A DNA stretch of 64,000 bases, from the NCBI GenBank assembly GCA_028279595.1, contig JANQNK010000001.1, forward strand, positions 128,001 to 192,000, read 5' to 3'. Made by a program: the position numbers and the translations under genes. The stretch is from Thermoplasmatota archaeon (lineage in GTDB: Archaea; Thermoplasmatota; JAKEGO01). Below the pieces are notes generated by a model. It was not told where the DNA came from and made no database searches. It saw only the letters and a program-made list of their open reading frames with translations. Shown one piece after another: positions 48,458 through 57,893 of this stretch (positions within the stretch are counted from its first letter, which is position 1; every line of letters starts with the position of its first letter).

Positions 48458-48835
48458 TCACTTCCTTCTCTTGATCCGGAAGGCCTCCCTCTTCTCATGG
48501 ACCTCGTTGTGTGCATCCTCTCCAAGTTTCCATGCAAGGTACTCGATCCTGTCCAGGCTCCGCAGGAACTTCGCCTTGCTCGTGGTGTCCATGAGTTCGT
48601 GGAACTCCACCCTGAAGCGAAGCATCTTCTGCCACGTCCATATGAAGTAGATCGAGGAGAGCAGCGTGAAGACGATGATGTAGAAGTTGACGCCGCCGAC
48701 CTCCTGCCATACCTCGTACAGAGGTCCGGACGATCCCAACAGGAAATCGACGAGCAGGAAGATCCATGTCGCTGCGCAGGCGAAACCGACGACCATGTAC
48801 ATCTCGATCCTCTTGCCGGAGTAATCGACAGGCAT
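48458..48835 (-). CDS. Small membrane protein (DUF3198-like)
   Basis: Two TM helices followed by F.ELMDT.SKAKFLR.LD.IEYLAWKL; start uncertain (48835 or 48802). Confidence 0.65.
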   Translation of the reverse strand: MPVDYSGKRIEMYMVVGFACAATWIFLLVDFLLGSSGPLYEVWQEVGGVNFYIIVFTLLSSIYFIWTWQKMLRFRVEFHELMDTTSKAKFLRSLDRIEYLAWKLGEDAHNEVHEKREAFRIKRRK

Positions 48836-48880
48836 CCGACAGGAATCGACACTACGACTAATAACCTTTTCATAGAAAAT

Positions 48881-49057
48881 GTTCCACGGGAAGGGCTGAC
48901 CTTCAGCAGCATGGCACGAACGGACAGGGCGGGTCTCATCCAAGGAGATCCGTGGGAAGGGCTGACCCTTGGCAGCATGGCACGGACGGACAGTACTCGT
49001 CTCATCCTACGGGTTCCGCGGGAAGGGCTAACCTTCAGCAGAATGGCACGGACGGCA
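48881..49057. repeat. 66-bp direct tandem repeat, about 2.7 copies, intergenic
   Basis: Core TCCnnGGGAAGGGCTnACCnTnnGCAGnATGGCACGnACGG at 48883, 48949 and 49015. Confidence 0.9.
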
Positions 49058-49076
49058 TCATGATTCTCAATATCTA

Positions 49077-50687
49077 ATGAACGGCTTCGTGGCAACAGTA
49101 ATGTACCCGGCTGGACCTATCACGGACGAAATGGACGACGATGGGCTGGATGCAGTACCGGACCCTGAGGACAGGGAAGCGGAATGGAGCATCACCACTC
49201 CTGGTTCCGCCGAGATATCCGTTCCTGACATGGAAGGAACACCGGGGCCAACGGTGCGCTTAGGACAGTTCCTCCGCCTTGTGCCGACTCTTTTCCGCGA
49301 ACAGGTCCGGATGCAGATATCCTTCACCTCGAAATGGGCGTTCTCGATGTTCATCGTCCTGATATTCCTGTTCTCCCTGTCATCGGGGCTCCTCTTCGCC
49401 GACATGATCGAGAGGATCGAGCCAGCCGACCTCTACTTCATGGTCCACATGAGCATTCTCATGTTCTCGTTCATCCTCGGCCTCGCTGCCCTGTCGGAGA
49501 CGTTCTCCACACAGAACGCATTCCTGCTGGCCGATCTGGAGCGTTATCCCGTCCATCCGAGGGTCGCCAGGATGTCGGTCCTCGTCAACGAGGGGCTCTT
49601 CGCCCTGACCTTCCTCTTCCTGCCGCTGACCCTCGGCATCGCCCTGTCACTACCGGTCTCCGGAAGGAATCCCAATGCGGCAGCGGTCCACGTCTTCGGA
49701 CTTCTCCTGACATTCATGCTCGGCCTCTCTCTCAGTTATTCCGTCATGGCCCTCGTCACCGGACCCCCGAAGAGGGTCGCCGCCCTCCTGTCGCTCCTCG
49801 CTCCTGTCATCGTCGGCGCTGTGGTCTACGGGCCGATGGCCATGTTCCTCCCCGGCTACAGGATCTCGGACCTCTGGATCGAGACCCAGACCTTCAACTG
49901 GCATCTCGTCGCTCCGGCTGTCTACGCTGCCGTGGTCCTGTCGGTCCCCGGGATCCTCTACATGGGTGAGATGACCACGGTTACCAGCAGCCACCAGCAC
50001 AGGCTCCGGGAGTTAGAGGCGCGCTTCAATCTCGACCCGCCCTACAGGGACCTCGTCCCATCGGAGTATCTGCAGCTGCGCCGGTCCAGAGGGCTGCAGA
50101 AGATCGTCGGTTCCTACATCTTCCCACTGGTCATAATGTCGATAATGATGCTGTACATCCGTCTCGCCCTCGGACCCGTCATCCAGTCCGGGATATCCTT
50201 CTACGTTCCGCTGGTGGGACTGATCTCGACGACGATATACAGCTGGGAGAACCAGATAGACGAACCGTTGTACTTCTCCCTCCTTCCGGTCTCGATGGCC
50301 GATGTGATCAGGTCGAAGCTCATCCTCTTCTTCCTCCTCGCTGGCATCTTCTCGACGGCTTACACCCTGATGATGTCCGTGTTCCTGGGCTCCGGACCCG
50401 CCGAGATCGCCTTCGCCGTACCTGCCGCATTCCTGCTGTCGGCCTACGCGGGGACAGTGACCGCCTACCTCACCGGAATAAATCCCAACAGGAAACTGTT
50501 CGATCCGATGACCCTGACGCGGTTCTTCATCTTCACATCGGTACCGCTGATCGTTCTCCTGCTCGCCTCCCAGCAGGGAGCCCTTCTTCTAATTCCATCG
50601 ATCGGATTCGTCGCACTGCTAGGAGTGCTGACTTACGTACTCTGGATAAGGATAGAGAAGAAATGGCTCCACGAACCCTTCGTGTGA
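49077..50687 (+). CDS. Polytopic membrane protein, ABC-2 permease-like (about 12 TM)
   Basis: Two halves of ~6 TM each; LLPVSMADVIRSK resembles ABC-2 permease loops; true start may lie downstream. Confidence 0.65.
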   Translation: MNGFVATVMYPAGPITDEMDDDGLDAVPDPEDREAEWSITTPGSAEISVPDMEGTPGPTVRLGQFLRLVPTLFREQVRMQISFTSKWAFSMFIVLIFLFSLSSGLLFADMIERIEPADLYFMVHMSILMFSFILGLAALSETFSTQNAFLLADLERYPVHPRVARMSVLVNEGLFALTFLFLPLTLGIALSLPVSGRNPNAAAVHVFGLLLTFMLGLSLSYSVMALVTGPPKRVAALLSLLAPVIVGAVVYGPMAMFLPGYRISDLWIETQTFNWHLVAPAVYAAVVLSVPGILYMGEMTTVTSSHQHRLRELEARFNLDPPYRDLVPSEYLQLRRSRGLQKIVGSYIFPLVIMSIMMLYIRLALGPVIQSGISFYVPLVGLISTTIYSWENQIDEPLYFSLLPVSMADVIRSKLILFFLLAGIFSTAYTLMMSVFLGSGPAEIAFAVPAAFLLSAYAGTVTAYLTGINPNRKLFDPMTLTRFFIFTSVPLIVLLLASQQGALLLIPSIGFVALLGVLTYVLWIRIEKKWLHEPFV

Positions 50688-51683
50688 TCAGGATAGGCGC
50701 TCGGGGCAGTTCTCCCTACGGGAGCAGTTGTGGCACTTGCCGGGCCTGTGGTGGTTCCTGTGGACGACGCCGCTCTTGATCTGCGACCTCATCAGGTCGA
50801 TCTTGTCCAGGACCAGGTCCCTGAGGTCCTCGTCGAAGTCGATCTTGAACTCCTTCTCCTTGTACCTGATCAGTCCGTACGGCGGGCGGGAGCGCGTATC
50901 CTCCAGGATAAGACAGTAGACCGCGATCTGAAGGATGTGCGAGAAGAACGGCCCCCTAGGGACCCTTCCTGTCTTTATCTCGACAGGGATCAGCTGGCCA
51001 TCGCGCTCGACTATCATATCGGGTCTGCCGGACAGGAGGTATGTCTTCGAGATTAGTAGTCTGGCGCCCTCCATGTCGTCAGTGTAACGTATCTTCCCAG
51101 ATGGCAGCTCCTGCTTGGTCCTCAGCCCGGTCGCTGTGTCGACGGCGTTCCAGAGCTTGTACAGGTAGATGGCCACGACGAGGAGCAGAAGGAGCGTGAT
51201 GATGAGGGGGATGAAGTTGGTGCTCTCGTACTGGAACAGCACGATCTTGTCGTACCTGGATGAATATAGATTGACCAATCCCGTGAAGAAGACCACCAAG
51301 GATGAGATTGAAAGCAGCCTGATGACATCCTTCGCCTTCTTCCTGTCGGGCTCGAGGACGAGGTAGTACATTGCCATCATCGCCCAGACGACCCCTATGA
51401 CCATCATTACGAAACCGATGTACCAACGCTGGCCCTGTGGTATCGTATAGGTAAGAGCGTGGATCGCGGTGATGAGGCCCACGACCATGAGACCGCGAAT
51501 GAGCTGGCGGGCGTCAGTGGCCTGGTCCTCGGCTATCATGACCTTCCCGGCCGTCTCGCCGACCTGCTTGTGCCTCTCGATACCCTTCTTGGTCTCCTCG
51601 GACGGCTTGTCCAATCCCTTCCTTTCAAGATACCAGCTCAGAGGGCAATAGCCGTATCGCTCCACATCGCTGGCCGAGATCAT
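50688..51683 (-). CDS. Solo Cas4-like PD-(D/E)xK nuclease with four inserted TM helices
   Basis: ISAS.VERYGYCP, G..RH, LSGRPD, PVEIKTG, LQIAVYC, C-terminal C-x2-C-x5-C; four hydrophobic segments between motif I and the nuclease core. Confidence 0.85.
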   Translation of the reverse strand: MISASDVERYGYCPLSWYLERKGLDKPSEETKKGIERHKQVGETAGKVMIAEDQATDARQLIRGLMVVGLITAIHALTYTIPQGQRWYIGFVMMVIGVVWAMMAMYYLVLEPDRKKAKDVIRLLSISSLVVFFTGLVNLYSSRYDKIVLFQYESTNFIPLIITLLLLLVVAIYLYKLWNAVDTATGLRTKQELPSGKIRYTDDMEGARLLISKTYLLSGRPDMIVERDGQLIPVEIKTGRVPRGPFFSHILQIAVYCLILEDTRSRPPYGLIRYKEKEFKIDFDEDLRDLVLDKIDLMRSQIKSGVVHRNHHRPGKCHNCSRRENCPERLS

Positions 51684-51744
51684 TTCATGGACGATAGTAT
51701 CCTCGCTCTTGATATCCTTCGGAAGTACCTTAAAACTTGCCCTG

Positions 51745-53292
51745 TCAGTGGAGGAACGTCCTCTGGCCAGATATCACCATGGCGATGCCGTGGTCGTCGG
51801 CCGCCTTGACGACCTCCTTGTCCTTGATCGAGCCGCCGGGCTGGATTATCGCCGAGATCCCAGCATCGGCCGCTGTCTCGACGCTGTCGGGGAACGGGAA
51901 GAAGCCGTCCGACGCCATTGCGGCGTTCTTGGCCTTCTTTCCGGCCTGATGCACTGCTATGGAGACGGAGTCGACCCTGGCCATCTGCCCAGCGCCGATA
52001 CCGACCGCCCTCGAGCCCTTTGCGACCACGATGGCGTTCGACTTGACATGTGTGCAGACCTTCCACGCGAACATCAGGCTCTTCCATTCGTCATCCGTGG
52101 GGCTCCTGATCGTGGCCGTCGTCATCCTGTCCTTCGCGTCGAGGTCCCGGCGCTGTCCGAGGAACGCGTTGCCTAGGCTTCTCAGCTCCAGCTCGTCGGC
52201 CTTGATCCTCGTCATGCCAGGCCATTTGATGACCCTGAGGTTCCTCTTCTTCGAAAGCACCTCGAGGGCCGATTCCGTGAACTCCGGTGCCACGACGACC
52301 TCGGTGAAGACCTTGATTATCTCTGCTGCGACGTCACCGCTGAGTTCCCGGTTCGTTCCAACGATACCGCCGAACGCTGCCCTCTTGTCGCACTCCAACG
52401 CTTGCTTATAAGCCTTCATCGGGTTGCTCGCGGATGCAACACCGCAAGGGTTGGTGTGCTTGATGATGACGACGGTGGGGCCGTCGAACTCGGAGACGAT
52501 CCTCGCAGCAGCGTCGATGTCCAGGAAGTTGTTGTAGGACATAGGCATCCCGTGGACCTGCTCCGCGTCGATGACCGACTCCCCTTCCTTCCACGTGTAG
52601 AGAGCACCTGTCTGGTCCGGGTTCTCGCCGTACCGGAGCTCGCTGGCCATGTTGAGCTTCAGGTCTATCCTCTCGGAGTGAACGGCCTCTTCCGTAGCGA
52701 CGGGGGTCTGTCCTCCTGACAGGTATCCATGTATCGCCGCGTCATATCTGCTGGTATGTAGGAACCCCTCCTGTGCAAGGGATGCGAGCGTGTCCTTGCC
52801 GATCCCTCCGGAGAGGTCGATCTCCGCGAGGACGGGAGCGTACTGTTCCGGCGATACGAGCACCGCGACGTCATCGTGGTTCTTCGCGGCCGCCCTGATG
52901 AGGCTAACGCCCCCGATGTCGATGTTCTCGATCATCTCGTCGTGGGCCTTGCCCAGCTCGAGGCACTTCTCGAACGGATAGAGGTTTACCACGACCATGT
53001 CGATGGTGCCGATGCCGAACTCACCGAGTACGGCCATGTGAATGGGATTGTCCCTCCTCGCTAGGATGCCCGCGTATATGTTCGGATGGAGGGTCTTCAC
53101 CCTTCCACCGAGGAGCTCGGGAGTGTCGGTGATCGTCTCGATCCGGGTGACGGGAATGCCTCCCTTCTCGAGGGTCAGGGCTGTGCCTCCGGTGGATATT
53201 ATGTCGACGTCCATTTCGGCCAAACGGCCCGTGAACTCCACTATGCCAGTCTTATCCGATACGCTGACCAGAGCCCTGCTAGGTCTCAACAT
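51745..53292 (-). CDS. purH: Bifunctional AICAR transformylase / IMP cyclohydrolase
   Basis: RALVSVSDKTG, STGGT, GRVKTLHP, IDIGG, LRYGENP.Q, KHTNPCG, ASDGFFPF.D. Confidence 0.97.
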   Translation of the reverse strand: MLRPSRALVSVSDKTGIVEFTGRLAEMDVDIISTGGTALTLEKGGIPVTRIETITDTPELLGGRVKTLHPNIYAGILARRDNPIHMAVLGEFGIGTIDMVVVNLYPFEKCLELGKAHDEMIENIDIGGVSLIRAAAKNHDDVAVLVSPEQYAPVLAEIDLSGGIGKDTLASLAQEGFLHTSRYDAAIHGYLSGGQTPVATEEAVHSERIDLKLNMASELRYGENPDQTGALYTWKEGESVIDAEQVHGMPMSYNNFLDIDAAARIVSEFDGPTVVIIKHTNPCGVASASNPMKAYKQALECDKRAAFGGIVGTNRELSGDVAAEIIKVFTEVVVAPEFTESALEVLSKKRNLRVIKWPGMTRIKADELELRSLGNAFLGQRRDLDAKDRMTTATIRSPTDDEWKSLMFAWKVCTHVKSNAIVVAKGSRAVGIGAGQMARVDSVSIAVHQAGKKAKNAAMASDGFFPFPDSVETAADAGISAIIQPGGSIKDKEVVKAADDHGIAMVISGQRTFLH

Positions 53293-53402
53293 GCGCACAC
53301 CCCCAATATCTGGCCTAACGGCCCCCCGACAATAGCGCAACGTCTACTTTAATGTTGGGTCATTGGACGGTCCGGAACGTCGATGGCCGACGTCGAAGAA
53401 CA

Positions 53403-54488
53403 TCACTGATGGGACTTCGCGGTGTTCCCCATCAGGTGCAGTGCCGCAAGGGTCCCGATGGGTATCCTCGGGTCCGCGAACTCGCCGACGAACGTGCCCG
53501 ATCCCTGGAAGGCGCGCCCCTCGCCGAAGCATCTTCCGAGCTCCTCTCCGGCGTCGTTGACGGCGCTGAGGTCGAACGCGTAGCCGCCGGGCCCGGTGGT
53601 CATGTCACCCTTCATGGAGAGCAGTTTGCCGTCCGAGAACTGCAGGAAGATCGTCCGGGTGTCCCCGCTGAGCTTCTCGTACATGAACGCCAGGAGACCG
53701 TCTGTCGGAGTGAGTATCCTGAATACAGCGACGTTGGGGTCGATGACCTCGAGCTTGAGGTGGTCCTCGTCCTTGGCTCGGAACACCACGATCTCGGGGG
53801 ACCTCTCGCTACCTGTCAGGGAGACCTTCGGTCCCGAAGCATCGAAGAGGACCCTTCCCCCGTCGATCCTCATCCTAGTGGTGAACCTGGTCGGTCCCTC
53901 TGGGATCTCGGGTTCTGGAGGACCCGGAGCCCTCTTGACAGGCGGAGCGCCCCTGCCCTTCGGCGGCGGGCCCCTCCGTGGAGGTGGTGGTGGCGTCGGT
54001 ACCTGCAGGACCTTACCGACGACGACATCCTTCCCTCCCTTCACGGGCCTTCCCTTCGCCTGCCTCCTCATCGCCTTCCTTTCCGCCTTCTTACGCCTCG
54101 CCATGTCCTTTTCCCGCTGCTTCCTCGAGAGCGGTTTCATGGTCACGACCTTCGGCTCGGATGGAGGCGGTGGGGGTGGAGGCGTCTGCGGAACCTCCTG
54201 GAACGCCTGCTCGGGTGGGGGAGGTGGCGGTGGCAGGTCCCTCTTCTCGGGGAGCGGCTCCGACTCCGGTCTCGGCGGCGCCCCGCCGGGGAGCTCGGAA
54301 CCCTTCTCGGCGACCTCCTTCTCCTCCGGGGTAGACATCACCGCCGACGGCATCTTCGATGGCTTGATATTGACATTGGATTTGAAATTGCATCCCGGGC
54401 ACGAGATCATGAACTTGCCAGGACTGTCCGGGAGCTCGGTCGTGAACTCCTTCTTGCACTTCGGACACCTGATCTTCTGAACGCCCAT
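53403..54488 (-). CDS. Hypothetical protein: N-terminal Zn ribbon, Pro/Lys-rich linker, C-terminal globular domain
   Basis: CPKC...CPGC; poly-Pro tracts; co-directional with neighbours. Confidence 0.65.
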   Translation of the reverse strand: MGVQKIRCPKCKKEFTTELPDSPGKFMISCPGCNFKSNVNIKPSKMPSAVMSTPEEKEVAEKGSELPGGAPPRPESEPLPEKRDLPPPPPPPEQAFQEVPQTPPPPPPPSEPKVVTMKPLSRKQREKDMARRKKAERKAMRRQAKGRPVKGGKDVVVGKVLQVPTPPPPPRRGPPPKGRGAPPVKRAPGPPEPEIPEGPTRFTTRMRIDGGRVLFDASGPKVSLTGSERSPEIVVFRAKDEDHLKLEVIDPNVAVFRILTPTDGLLAFMYEKLSGDTRTIFLQFSDGKLLSMKGDMTTGPGGYAFDLSAVNDAGEELGRCFGEGRAFQGSGTFVGEFADPRIPIGTLAALHLMGNTAKSHQ

Positions 54489-54490
54489 GA

Positions 54491-55204
54491 TCAACCCTCG
54501 TTCATCAGCTCCTCGATGACTGACAACATCCGCTCGAATATATAATCGTTGACTCTCTCCCCGAACTCGGCCGACGCAATGGTGGCGTCCCCTGTCCCGC
54601 CATCAGGGAACATGACCTCGGGGTCCGGGCGGATGATGTAGCGGGACGTCCGTTCAGTCCTCAACGCTTTCCCCTCGCCCACCAGTTCGGGACGGGCGAC
54701 CATCATCCTCGATGTCTCCATCATGCCGGCATGGCCGTCGCCATCGGGTATGTCCTCGAAGCCGTACCCGACCTCGTAGCACGAGAGGACAGCGATCCTG
54801 ACACCCCTGTTCCTTACCACATCCCCTGCGGCGAACCTTAGAGCGGCCATGTGACCGCTTCCAGCGTGACTGGACATTACGAGAACGTGCTTGAAACCAT
54901 CCTCCACCACCTGGTCAAGGATATCATGGACGATGCTCCTGACGGATTCTGGACGAACTGCTATCGTCCCGGAGAAGTTTCTAGTGGACGAACACTGGCC
55001 ATACGGGATCCCCGGCAGTATCACGACACCATCCATCCGTTCTGACAATCCCTCGACGACGTGGAGAGCGGTCTGCCAGTCGGTGCCTGTCGGCAGATGG
55101 GACCCGTGCCCCTCGATCGCCCCTACTGGGAGCACCAGGAGCGTCCTGTCCCTGTCAAGGTCCCTTATCTCGTCAGCGTTCAGCTCCTCCCAGAGTACAG
55201 GCAT
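54491..55204 (-). CDS. Creatininase / creatinine amidohydrolase family protein
   Basis: LPVGAIEGHGSHLPTGTD, SHAG, HAG..ETS. Confidence 0.9.
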   Translation of the reverse strand: MPVLWEELNADEIRDLDRDRTLLVLPVGAIEGHGSHLPTGTDWQTALHVVEGLSERMDGVVILPGIPYGQCSSTRNFSGTIAVRPESVRSIVHDILDQVVEDGFKHVLVMSSHAGSGHMAALRFAAGDVVRNRGVRIAVLSCYEVGYGFEDIPDGDGHAGMMETSRMMVARPELVGEGKALRTERTSRYIIRPDPEVMFPDGGTGDATIASAEFGERVNDYIFERMLSVIEELMNEG

Positions 55205-55422
55205 TGTATCCCCCGACCCCGATTGTGCTCGGTCAATTAACATTTTCCCATGTTCTACACATGCGATAGCCGTACCTTGCCCCGTTCGGACCTCGATAAG
55301 ATACTCCTATTTTCTCGCTCATGTCAAAACATCGAACCAATGTCTATTAAAGATGTAAAAAGACCGCACTAATCTTGACTTAAACCTCGGCCGTCTAGTA
55401 TTATTCAGAGGAGAGGAAAAAG

Positions 55423-55521
55423 ATGGTGAAGGAAAACAGGTTCGAGATGGTCCGGTTCGATCTCAAGAGGCCCAACCGCTACACGATGATCGACGGAAAC
55501 CTCATCCGCGTCTTCGAGTGA
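55423..55521 (+). CDS. Putative 32-aa microprotein
   Basis: MVKENRFEMVRFDLKRPNRYTMIDGNLIRVFE; strong SD (GAGGAGAGG); host-like codons. Confidence 0.45.
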   Translation: MVKENRFEMVRFDLKRPNRYTMIDGNLIRVFE

Positions 55522-55607
55522 ACGGGACTCGCTCGGAGTAGACTGGAGACCGTGGTACCTACCATCAGCTCTCTTCTTCAAGCCAAGGAAAGGGGAAAGG
55601 TGAGAAC

Positions 55608-55934
55608 ATGTACGACTCTGTCGGCGATACCGTCGTGGCCGGGGAACTACTGATCAAGAACGCCCTGAAGGGCGAGATCGAAAGGAGGATACTGGAACTA
55701 CTTCAGACACGCTTCAAGGGCACAGCTTCCCTGGTGGACCTCGAGATCATGATGAGGCTGCCAAGGGAGGAGATGGCCCTGGAGCTGGTGAACCTCTACA
55801 GGGCGGGACTGGTCTCGAAGGAGGTCCGGGCAAGCCCGGGAGCCAGGCCGTACATGAGGACCTGCATCTACACGATCACCGAAAAGGGCATTGACGGACT
55901 CCTGCGGCTCAACGGGGACGTGGAGAAGAAGTAA
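55608..55934 (+). CDS. Winged-helix DNA-binding protein
   Basis: RRILELL ... L..L...GLV.K ... Y.ITEKG; GGTGA SD. Confidence 0.7.
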   Translation: MYDSVGDTVVAGELLIKNALKGEIERRILELLQTRFKGTASLVDLEIMMRLPREEMALELVNLYRAGLVSKEVRASPGARPYMRTCIYTITEKGIDGLLRLNGDVEKK

Positions 55935-56036
55935 TTCTAGGACACTGTAGGAGTATGGTGTGGCATCCCATTTTCCTCTGATTATGGGTGGTGGAAGGGT
56001 ATAAGTATCGAATAACGAAATTGCCCACGAGGGACC

Positions 56037-56837
56037 ATGAAAGAGTCTGTCATGTTGATATGCATTCTACTCCTTATAGGATCAACTGGTTGCATCGAAG
56101 ATAAAGACGATTCGAAAGGAACGAGGAATAAAGCTGGAACACCTCCTGATATCGCCGGTGATCATAATTGGTTCTACGGAAAGTTGATCGAATCGGCCGA
56201 TATGGAAACATTAATTTACTACGAAGCGAACGATCTTGAGGTTACGATCAAAGAAGGTTATGACTATTCAAATTTGACCGAACTGGAGTATATTACTTGG
56301 GTCATTATAGATAAAACCGGTACCCGATCAGCTTTCGAAGATTGGGTGCGATGTGATGATGGCATTAACATTCGGTTTCCTCTTACAGGAACACCACCGT
56401 TCTCCTTGTCCGTTCGAGCATCACTGATCATTGATATCGAATTCTCGGAAAAGGTCTATTGGTATTACTCACAGTACGAAGATAGAAACGTTAAGATCGA
56501 TTTATCACCAGGCATTTTAAGCACGCATGACGAAGCCGTATTCGATCTGGACCATCTTCTTGCTGAGAGTCCGAACGGGATTGGACTACATATTGACGGA
56601 ATTGACGATGAAGGAAATCTCACCATTTATGAACCAGATGGAACCATATTTTATTGGCACAATCGCGAAGGAGGATCCACTGAATCAAACTGGGCTAATC
56701 AATCACTTGACTGTCAAGGATGGCAAATCGAGTTGGACCTTCATCAGGAGTCGACCGGACAAACCACCTGGAATGTCACAATAAGATATCGTATTGTAGA
56801 CCCTGACATTCTGGAATCATTGGGATTCGATATTTAG
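56037..56837 (+). CDS. Putative lipoprotein, low GC
   Basis: Lipobox-like LLIGSTGC; AT-richer codons than the flanking genes. Confidence 0.65.
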   Translation: MKESVMLICILLLIGSTGCIEDKDDSKGTRNKAGTPPDIAGDHNWFYGKLIESADMETLIYYEANDLEVTIKEGYDYSNLTELEYITWVIIDKTGTRSAFEDWVRCDDGINIRFPLTGTPPFSLSVRASLIIDIEFSEKVYWYYSQYEDRNVKIDLSPGILSTHDEAVFDLDHLLAESPNGIGLHIDGIDDEGNLTIYEPDGTIFYWHNREGGSTESNWANQSLDCQGWQIELDLHQESTGQTTWNVTIRYRIVDPDILESLGFDI

Positions 56838-56980
56838 CTGGGTAGCGGGTACAGGGACCGGACGTCGACAAGAATTTACGAGAAGAGAAAAGTCCAGGCC
56901 AGACTATCTCTAATTAACCGTTGTGTCACGGTCCGACCGCAATTTTGATAGATGATGTACCTTATCCGCCTTCGGTTCAC

Positions 56981-57880
56981 ATGGACCTTCAGAAGCGAGG
57001 AGAGCGCATAGCGGCGGTCACCGCAGTATTCCTGATCTCGGTAGGTGTGCTTCAGATCGTCCTCGGTCAGACCATCTCCAAGAGCGTCGCGCTCACTGCC
57101 AATGGCATCGACTGTGTGGGCGACGGCTTCATCTCGTTCATCGTTTTCATCGGATTCCGGTATGTCCGGCGGCCGGCAGATCACAAGTACCATTTCGGTT
57201 ACTACAAGTTCGAGAGCGTGGCTTCGGTCGCTGCCGCCACGGTGATGGTGTTCCTGGCGGTCTACATCATATGGAGGTCCTACCTGCAGGTGCTCGATCC
57301 CCACGAGGTGGAGAACGTCGTGCTCGGAGCGTCCGTCGCCTATATCGCCGCTGCTGGAGCGATCGCACTAGGAGTGTACAAGTATCGGAATGCCAAGGCG
57401 ATGGAGCTGGGTTCCGCTCGACTGGAGGCGTTCAATACGGTCAAGGACGGAACGGCGTCGTTCCTGGCCGCAACCTCTCTCGTCATATCCAGCATGGGCT
57501 ATCCCATAGCCGACGCCATCGCGGGCTTCATCATCTCGATAATCCTGCTTTTCGTGGGTTTCACGGCGATGAAGGAAGCTGGATACATCCTCGTCGACGC
57601 CTGCGATTACAAGTGCATCGATTACAGTGCGGTCATCCGGAAAAGATTGTCAAAATACGAGGAGATCAGGGACAGGAAGGTCAGCCTTCGTCGGACGGGT
57701 CCTGTTTACATGGGCGAGATCATCATCGAGGTGGACGGGGAGATGACGATCGAGCACATCGACGGCCTGCGGGAGAAGGTCAGGAAGGACGCTGTCCGGG
57801 TGGTCCCCAACCTGGAGAGGCTGACCATCAGCGCCGTCCCTTTCGTTGAAAAGGACCCCGATGAAGAACCCGACCAGTAG
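56981..57880 (+). CDS. Cation diffusion facilitator family transporter
   Basis: SVAL.A..ID...D, RPAD..YHFGY.KFE, DAIAG; C-terminal dimerisation domain. Confidence 0.9.
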   Translation: MDLQKRGERIAAVTAVFLISVGVLQIVLGQTISKSVALTANGIDCVGDGFISFIVFIGFRYVRRPADHKYHFGYYKFESVASVAAATVMVFLAVYIIWRSYLQVLDPHEVENVVLGASVAYIAAAGAIALGVYKYRNAKAMELGSARLEAFNTVKDGTASFLAATSLVISSMGYPIADAIAGFIISIILLFVGFTAMKEAGYILVDACDYKCIDYSAVIRKRLSKYEEIRDRKVSLRRTGPVYMGEIIIEVDGEMTIEHIDGLREKVRKDAVRVVPNLERLTISAVPFVEKDPDEEPDQ

Positions 57881-57893
57881 GCGAGGGGAAGAT

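Noticed and set aside
48881-49057. Mini CRISPR array (37-nt repeat + 29-nt spacer) linked to the Cas4-like gene
   Set aside because: The would-be spacers are mostly identical to each other (GnACGGACAG...GTCTCATCC), the repeats are degenerate, and there is no cas1/cas2. This is a tandem duplication.
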